From: Chthonomonadales bacterium
Lineage (GTDB): Bacteria; Armatimonadota; Chthonomonadetes; Chthonomonadales; Chthonomonadaceae
Direction of reading: 5' to 3'
DNA length: 11,782 bases
NCBI GenBank assembly: GCA_038217285.1
Contig: JBBQPO010000197.1
Span: 1-11,782 of the forward strand
In this document: piece after piece, positions 6,610 to 11,782 of the stretch
Layout: the number at the start of each line of letters is the position of its first letter
Numbering within the stretch: the first letter of the stretch is position 1
The notes under the pieces: model-generated
Seen by the model: the letters and a program-made list of their open reading frames with translations, nothing else
What the model was told of the DNA's origin: nothing
The model's database searches: none
Made by a program: the position numbers and the translations under genes

Positions 6610-9126
6610 TCAGTTCGCGGCGGGCGCTTTGGCGTCGGCGCGGGGTTCGACTCCGAGCAGGTTGCGCACGAAGAAGTCCTGTAATCGCCGTTTCCCGTAA
6701 GGCGTCCCGGCGACTCCGTGGCCGCTGCCCGGAGAGACCAGCAGGTCGAAATCCTTATCGGCCTTGATCAGCGCATTGACGACCTGCATCGTCGTCGCGG
6801 GATCGACATTGTTGTCCATTTCGCCAACCATGAGAAGCAGTTTGCTGTGCAGTTTCGGCGCGAGAGTCACGTTCGACTGTTCGGCGTAGTGCGGGCCGAC
6901 GGGCCAGCCCATCCACTGTTCGTTCCACCATATTTTGTCCATCCGGTTGTCGTGGCACCCGCAGTCGGCCACACCCGCCCGGTAGAAGTCGCCATGCTGC
7001 AGCAGCCCACCGAGCGCATTTTGCCCTCCGGCCGACGTGCCGTAGATGCCGACACGGGTCAGGTCGAAGGCAGGATATTTCGCCGCCGCCGCCTGAATCC
7101 AGAGGATACGATCCGGGAATCCGGCGTCGCCCAGGTTCTTCCAACAGACGTCATGAAAGGCTTTCGAGCGGTTGTTAGTCCCCATGCCGTCGATCTGCAC
7201 GACGATGAAACCGAGCTCGGCCATCTGCTGAAGGCCCGAGGCCGGAGAGAACGCTTTCGGAACGAACGAGCCCTGCGGTCCGGCATAGATGTTTTCGATA
7301 ACAGGGTACTTACGCCGCGGATTGAAGTTCGAGGGGCGCACGATCACCCCATAGATGTCCGTCTTACCGTCCCGGCCTTTGGCCACAAATCGCTCGGGAA
7401 ATCGCCAGCCTGTCGCGGTAAGGGCCGTGGCGTCGGCGCGCTCCAGATCCAGTACCTTCTTGCCATCTTCGGCACGACGAAGTTCCGTCACGGGCGGCAG
7501 ATCGACCCGCGAGCAGGTGTCTATAAAATATCTGCCGTCCGGCGAGGGCGTAATCGCATGCGTCCCATCTCCTTCCGTCAGGACGGTCAGGCCGGTACCG
7601 TCGAAATTCACGCGGCAGAAGTGGATATAGTACGGATCCTGCCGCATTCGGATGCCGCCTGCTCGAAACCAGACCTGTCGCTTTACCTCATCGACGCGAT
7701 CCACACCCCGAACCACCCATTCGCCCTTCGTGATCTGATTCTTCACCCTGCCCGTGGCCGTATCGTAGAGGTAGAGGTGATTCCAGCCGTCGCGCTCCGA
7801 CATCCAGATCGCTTCGTGCGTCGCATTCAGGGAGTGCAGGGAGACTTTGTTCGTCCAGTCGATAAACGTTTTTGCCTGCTCATCGATGATCGCCGTCGTG
7901 TCGCCCGTCACCGCATCGACAGCGATCAACCGCATCACCTGATGCCCGCGCTGATTGTAGAGAAACGTGAAACGTCGCCCATCCGGCTGCCATTCGACCC
8001 GAGAAATCTCCCATGGATTGGGAAACAGATCGTCCTTGATGGGAATGTCACGCTTTGTGGCGGCATCGAACAGATGCGGTCGTTGATGCGCGATCCGGTC
8101 GCCCGGCTTGAGGTAGTCGATCGTGTGCAGCTTCGGCTGAACCTGGTCCGCCGGAGACGACTCGACGAGATAGACCTTGTGCTCCTGCGCCGGAACGGTT
8201 TTGAACAGGACGAACCTGGAGCCATCCGGCGACCAGATCGGTTCTCCTTCATAGGCATCGGCAGCGGCGCCATCGTGCGTGATCTGGGTCTCCTCATTAC
8301 TGCTGGTATCCTGTAGAACGACATTGTGGTCCTTCACGAACGCGCGCCATTTCTGGTTTGGAGCGAGAGCGGGATCGCGCTCCCGAGCGCGGTGGGGGGC
8401 GGCGACAAGACCGTCCACGACCGCCAAAAGCGGCATGTCCGTTCCGACAAAGGCTACGAGCGGCTTGCCCGTCTTTTCGGTCAGCAGCCAGAGATGCCCC
8501 ACATAGGTATGCACTTCCCGAGTCTCCCCGGAGCGCAACACGCCGTAATCGTGTCGCTGGCCCTCGCTGTCTATCCAGAGCAGCGCGACATCGGCAGGGG
8601 TTTTGTTTCGAAAGCTAAGGTGCGTCTCTTCCGCCCCGCCCGTCGAACCGTGCGGCATGGCGGCAGGCGACAGAGGCGTGGCATGGCCCAGAGCCTCCGT
8701 CGCCGGTTTGACTTCGTAGGTGTTCAGGTCGCAGGCGAAGCTCTTTTCCTGCACCTGTAGCAACAACACAGGCCTGTCGGTGACGAACATGATCCGCTCG
8801 ATGGGCAGATGCTCGGCAGTGACCTCCCGGCCCAGTGCCTTCGTGAGCCCGGTGGCGATGCGGGCATGGTCGAACGCCGGCATTTTCGTCGCGTGGGCCG
8901 GGTCGACCAGCACGAACTCTCGCTGCCCGTCCGCGAGGTCGTTGCGATACCAGAACCGATCACCGCCGGAGATCCAGTTCGGTTTGACAGCGGAGCGGAA
9001 CACTTTGCCCGCGACGAACTGCCCCAGGCTGTTCGCTCGTTCGTAGTCACTGCGAGCGCCTTGCGCGTGAGCGGGAGAAAGAAGCACCATAAAAAGCATC
9101 ACCATGAACGGACATAAGCATCGCAT
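6610..9126 (-). CDS. Secreted S9B (dipeptidyl peptidase IV-like) serine peptidase with an inserted VHL-beta-like domain
   Basis: Signal peptide MRCLCPFMVMLFMVLLSPAHA|Q after a GAAGG SD (start 9126 rather than 9210); propeller motifs WSPDG, SERDGWNHLY, ITKGEWVV; YAGP; nucleophile GTSAGG; Asp in GEMDNNV; His in GSGHG. Confidence 0.93.
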   Translation of the reverse strand: MRCLCPFMVMLFMVLLSPAHAQGARSDYERANSLGQFVAGKVFRSAVKPNWISGGDRFWYRNDLADGQREFVLVDPAHATKMPAFDHARIATGLTKALGREVTAEHLPIERIMFVTDRPVLLLQVQEKSFACDLNTYEVKPATEALGHATPLSPAAMPHGSTGGAEETHLSFRNKTPADVALLWIDSEGQRHDYGVLRSGETREVHTYVGHLWLLTEKTGKPLVAFVGTDMPLLAVVDGLVAAPHRARERDPALAPNQKWRAFVKDHNVVLQDTSSNEETQITHDGAAADAYEGEPIWSPDGSRFVLFKTVPAQEHKVYLVESSPADQVQPKLHTIDYLKPGDRIAHQRPHLFDAATKRDIPIKDDLFPNPWEISRVEWQPDGRRFTFLYNQRGHQVMRLIAVDAVTGDTTAIIDEQAKTFIDWTNKVSLHSLNATHEAIWMSERDGWNHLYLYDTATGRVKNQITKGEWVVRGVDRVDEVKRQVWFRAGGIRMRQDPYYIHFCRVNFDGTGLTVLTEGDGTHAITPSPDGRYFIDTCSRVDLPPVTELRRAEDGKKVLDLERADATALTATGWRFPERFVAKGRDGKTDIYGVIVRPSNFNPRRKYPVIENIYAGPQGSFVPKAFSPASGLQQMAELGFIVVQIDGMGTNNRSKAFHDVCWKNLGDAGFPDRILWIQAAAAKYPAFDLTRVGIYGTSAGGQNALGGLLQHGDFYRAGVADCGCHDNRMDKIWWNEQWMGWPVGPHYAEQSNVTLAPKLHSKLLLMVGEMDNNVDPATTMQVVNALIKADKDFDLLVSPGSGHGVAGTPYGKRRLQDFFVRNLLGVEPRADAKAPAAN

Positions 9127-9370
9127 TGTCGCACCTTCTGTCGTTGCAGATCTGCAGAGAGGCGAACAGGTCGCGCGGCGGCCCGCTCTGCCACGGTAGT
9201 TTCGGGACAAGGTCGTCGGAAACCTCCGTCAAATGACTCTGTTGCCCCGTAGTAACGGCAGGAATCCGCTTCCGCGAAGTCGAACCGAACCGCAAGCACG
9301 GATCAGAATCGCGGCGTCTCCTCTGGAATGCCGCCCCGCTCGATCCCGTCAAAACTTTAGGAGTTCCGCC

Positions 9371-11176
9371 ATGCGTCTCATCCGCCCCTTCCTGGCAATC
9401 CCGCTGTTTTGCCTGCTCGGCATCTCCCCTGCAATCGCCCAGAACGTCATCATGTATCAAGTGGAAGCGCGCACGGCGGAAAAGTCCTTCCAGGTGCGGA
9501 TAGATATTCCACATGTCCGGGAGTTGACGGTACGGGTGCAGATCCCTGTCTGGTCGCCTGGGGCCTATATGTCCGGCAACTACGCGGCGAATATCGCCAA
9601 TCTCTCCGCCGAAGATGGGCTTCATAAGCCGCTCAAGATCTACCACCCGGACCAGAACACCTGGGAGATCGCCGCCAACGGTGCGGACCTTCTCCATGTT
9701 CAATATTCGGTGAACAAGGTCGATGCGGTGGAGACGAACGGCGTACCGCAGCGCGCCCATATCAACGGCCCCCGCACCTACCTCTATGTGGTGGGACGCA
9801 AGAGCGAGCCAGTCGCCCTGTCGCTGGCGACTCCTGTGGGAGCGAAAGTGTGGAAGATCGCGACCAGCCTGGACCCGACCGAGAGCGCCGAGCGGACATC
9901 GGAGCCAGCGCTGCATGGGTTCACCGCACCCTCTTACGACGTGCTCGCCGATGCACCGGTGGAGATGGGAGACTTTGTGGAGAAGCAGTTCGAGGCCGGC
10001 GGCAAACCGCACAGTGTGGTGATTTACGGTGACGCCACTGGCCTAGACCGGGCGAAGCTGGTGAGCTACTGTAAACGGGTCGCAGAGACCGAGACCGCGT
10101 TCTTCGGCGACGCGCCCTATCACCGGTATATCTTTCAGTTCCGCACGAACGCCAGCCGAAGCGGGGGAGGAGGAGGACTGGAGCACCTGGGATCGACCGA
10201 GATCAGCATGAGCAGTCTGGTCGATGATCGGGTCCGCTCCGTCATCGCCCACGAATACTTCCACCTCTGGAACGTCAAGCGAATCCGGCCGTTCGTCCTC
10301 GGCCCCTTCGACTACGTCGATCCGCCGCGTACAGCCAACCTCTGGTGGTCCGAGGGGGTCACCAGCTACTACGGCGATCTGCTCTCGCGGCGTGGCGGCC
10401 TCAACACCGATGCGGAGTATCTCAAACATCTCTCCGACACGATCACCGCGCTTCAGAACAACCCTGCGCGGCTCAAGGTTTCCGCCGATCAGTCCAGCCT
10501 GCATGTCTTCGACGCCAACAACAGCCAGGGCTTCGGGGGCCTCTCCTACTACACCAAAGGAGAGATGATCGGGCTCTGCCTGGATCTGAAGATCCGCGAA
10601 GTCACCAGAGGCGTCCACAGTCTGGACGATGTGATCCGCGCGCTCTACGTGCAGTGCGGCCGGGGCGACGGCCCCGGCTTCGGAGAGGACGACATCAAAA
10701 AGACCGTCAACCGCATCAGCGGCCAGGATCTCTCCGACTTCTACGACCTGGCCGCGCGCAGTACAGAGGAGCTTCCCTTCGCGGAGTGCCTCCGAGTCGT
10801 CGGCCTGAACCTCGCCCGCGCCGAGACCCCCGTCGCCATCCCGGATTCCGGCATGACACTCCAGCCGGACCGCCAGTTCCAGTCGCTGAGCGTAGGGGAG
10901 ATCAACGCCGAGGGCGCCGCCGCAAAGGCCGGGCTCAAGGCTGGTGACAGAATCGCCTCTGTCAGCGGGCAGACCGAAATGCGCGGCATGGCCCAACTCC
11001 TGCGCACCACTGCGCCGGGCAAGCCGCTGACCATCACCGTCGGTCGTGGCGGCGCGCGCATCGACATTGCCTTCACGATGGGGTCCGCCAACCGCTACCC
11101 GTGGCAGATCACGCCCGATCACTCCGTAACCCTGGACAAACTGCGCCTGCGCCGCCAGTGGCTTACCGGGAAATAA
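9371..11176 (+). CDS. Secreted M61 (glycyl aminopeptidase family) metallopeptidase with C-terminal PDZ domain
   Basis: AGGAG SD before ATG 9371; signal peptide ending PAIA|Q; PVWSPGAY, GGLEH, HEYFHLWNVKRIRP, WWSEGVTSYY, SYYTKG; PDZ motif AAKAGLKAGDRIASV. Confidence 0.95.
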   Translation: MRLIRPFLAIPLFCLLGISPAIAQNVIMYQVEARTAEKSFQVRIDIPHVRELTVRVQIPVWSPGAYMSGNYAANIANLSAEDGLHKPLKIYHPDQNTWEIAANGADLLHVQYSVNKVDAVETNGVPQRAHINGPRTYLYVVGRKSEPVALSLATPVGAKVWKIATSLDPTESAERTSEPALHGFTAPSYDVLADAPVEMGDFVEKQFEAGGKPHSVVIYGDATGLDRAKLVSYCKRVAETETAFFGDAPYHRYIFQFRTNASRSGGGGGLEHLGSTEISMSSLVDDRVRSVIAHEYFHLWNVKRIRPFVLGPFDYVDPPRTANLWWSEGVTSYYGDLLSRRGGLNTDAEYLKHLSDTITALQNNPARLKVSADQSSLHVFDANNSQGFGGLSYYTKGEMIGLCLDLKIREVTRGVHSLDDVIRALYVQCGRGDGPGFGEDDIKKTVNRISGQDLSDFYDLAARSTEELPFAECLRVVGLNLARAETPVAIPDSGMTLQPDRQFQSLSVGEINAEGAAAKAGLKAGDRIASVSGQTEMRGMAQLLRTTAPGKPLTITVGRGGARIDIAFTMGSANRYPWQITPDHSVTLDKLRLRRQWLTGK

Positions 11177-11228
11177 CGTCCGGTCGGTACGTAAGAGACG
11201 CGGAGGGGCGAAAAGCCCTGTTCGGATG

Positions 11229-11782
11229 CTACCAGCGGGTCAGCGCGATAAGGAGGAGGGCCAGGAGGGTCGCCAGGAAGAGATACGGCAGGGTAGATTT
11301 CAGGATGTCGTTGACGTCCGTTCTCGTGAAACCTGCCGCCCAGACATTCATGGTGTTGGTAGGGTCGCACACTCCCTGCACCATGCCGGTACACATCAGC
11401 GCGCCCATGACCAGCGACGGCGCAAGTAGCGTTGTCATAATGACGCCGATGCCCGCGCCGAGCCCATAAAGATTGAGCGGGCCGCGATAGAGCGCGAGCG
11501 GGCTGAGCAGGCCGAAGAACAGCACATACGTCCAGGGTGAGTGCGGTACGACACTCTCCAGCAGGGGGCGCATGACAGCTTTCACGGGATCGGACAGCAG
11601 CGCGGTCACGACCATGCCGATCCCGATCATCAGACCGAGCACCGGCGCGACAGACTTGATCCCTTCGGTGATCGCGCCAGCCAGGGTCTGCACGATCTCG
11701 CGTGGACGGGTCGTCAGGATACCGTAGAGGCAGCCGATCATCAGGGCCGCATTGATGTCGAACTCGACCGCCCGCAGATGTC
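11229..11782 (-). CDS. Polytopic membrane transporter (ion-transporter-superfamily-like), 5'-truncated by the window edge
   Basis: Frame stays open to the window end (HLRAVEFDINAALMIG...); several hydrophobic helices and Gly/Pro re-entrant-loop-like motifs PLALYRGPLNLYGLGAG and QGVCDPTNT; substrate not assignable. Confidence 0.7.
   Translation of the reverse strand, partial: HLRAVEFDINAALMIGCLYGILTTRPREIVQTLAGAITEGIKSVAPVLGLMIGIGMVVTALLSDPVKAVMRPLLESVVPHSPWTYVLFFGLLSPLALYRGPLNLYGLGAGIGVIMTTLLAPSLVMGALMCTGMVQGVCDPTNTMNVWAAGFTRTDVNDILKSTLPYLFLATLLALLLIALTRW

Noticed and set aside
6718-8316. 532-aa plus-strand ORF, and similar long antisense or alternate-frame ORFs at 1370-2044, 3832-5214, 9047-10012 and 10043-11122
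   Set aside because: They overlap well-supported genes and are expected from GC-rich codon bias; no recognisable domains.
9150-9185. GGCGAACAGGT resembling part of a ZTP riboswitch
   Set aside because: Other conserved elements are missing and the downstream gene is unrelated to purine or one-carbon metabolism.
11206-11224. Small GGGC-GAAAA-GCCC hairpin between the convergent M61 and transporter genes
   Set aside because: Stem of only 4-5 bp without a U-tract; too weak to call a terminator.

Overview
GC-rich bacterial chromosomal segment; an Armatimonadota-like origin is my guess only. Left to right: a 3'-truncated, divergent ECF-type sigma factor on the minus strand that the ORF track misses; a divergent 100-aa orphan ORF; lexA with a near-consensus sigma70 promoter; a convergent stand-alone rplJ-rplL operon with its own promoter, L10 leader and attenuator; a MATE exporter; a BT1/folate-biopterin-like MFS transporter; a secreted S9B (DPP IV-like) peptidase divergent from a secreted M61-PDZ aminopeptidase; and the 3' end of a membrane transporter. 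The most striking signal is a von Hippel-Lindau (VHL) beta-like domain inserted in the S9 peptidase, which appears to keep the hydroxyproline-binding pocket. Together with the neighbouring glycyl aminopeptidase this suggests a possible system for scavenging hydroxyproline-rich proteins. Secondary signals are a shared ECF-like promoter motif and a candidate non-canonical LexA operator. No mobile element, CRISPR array, tRNA or rRNA was seen.
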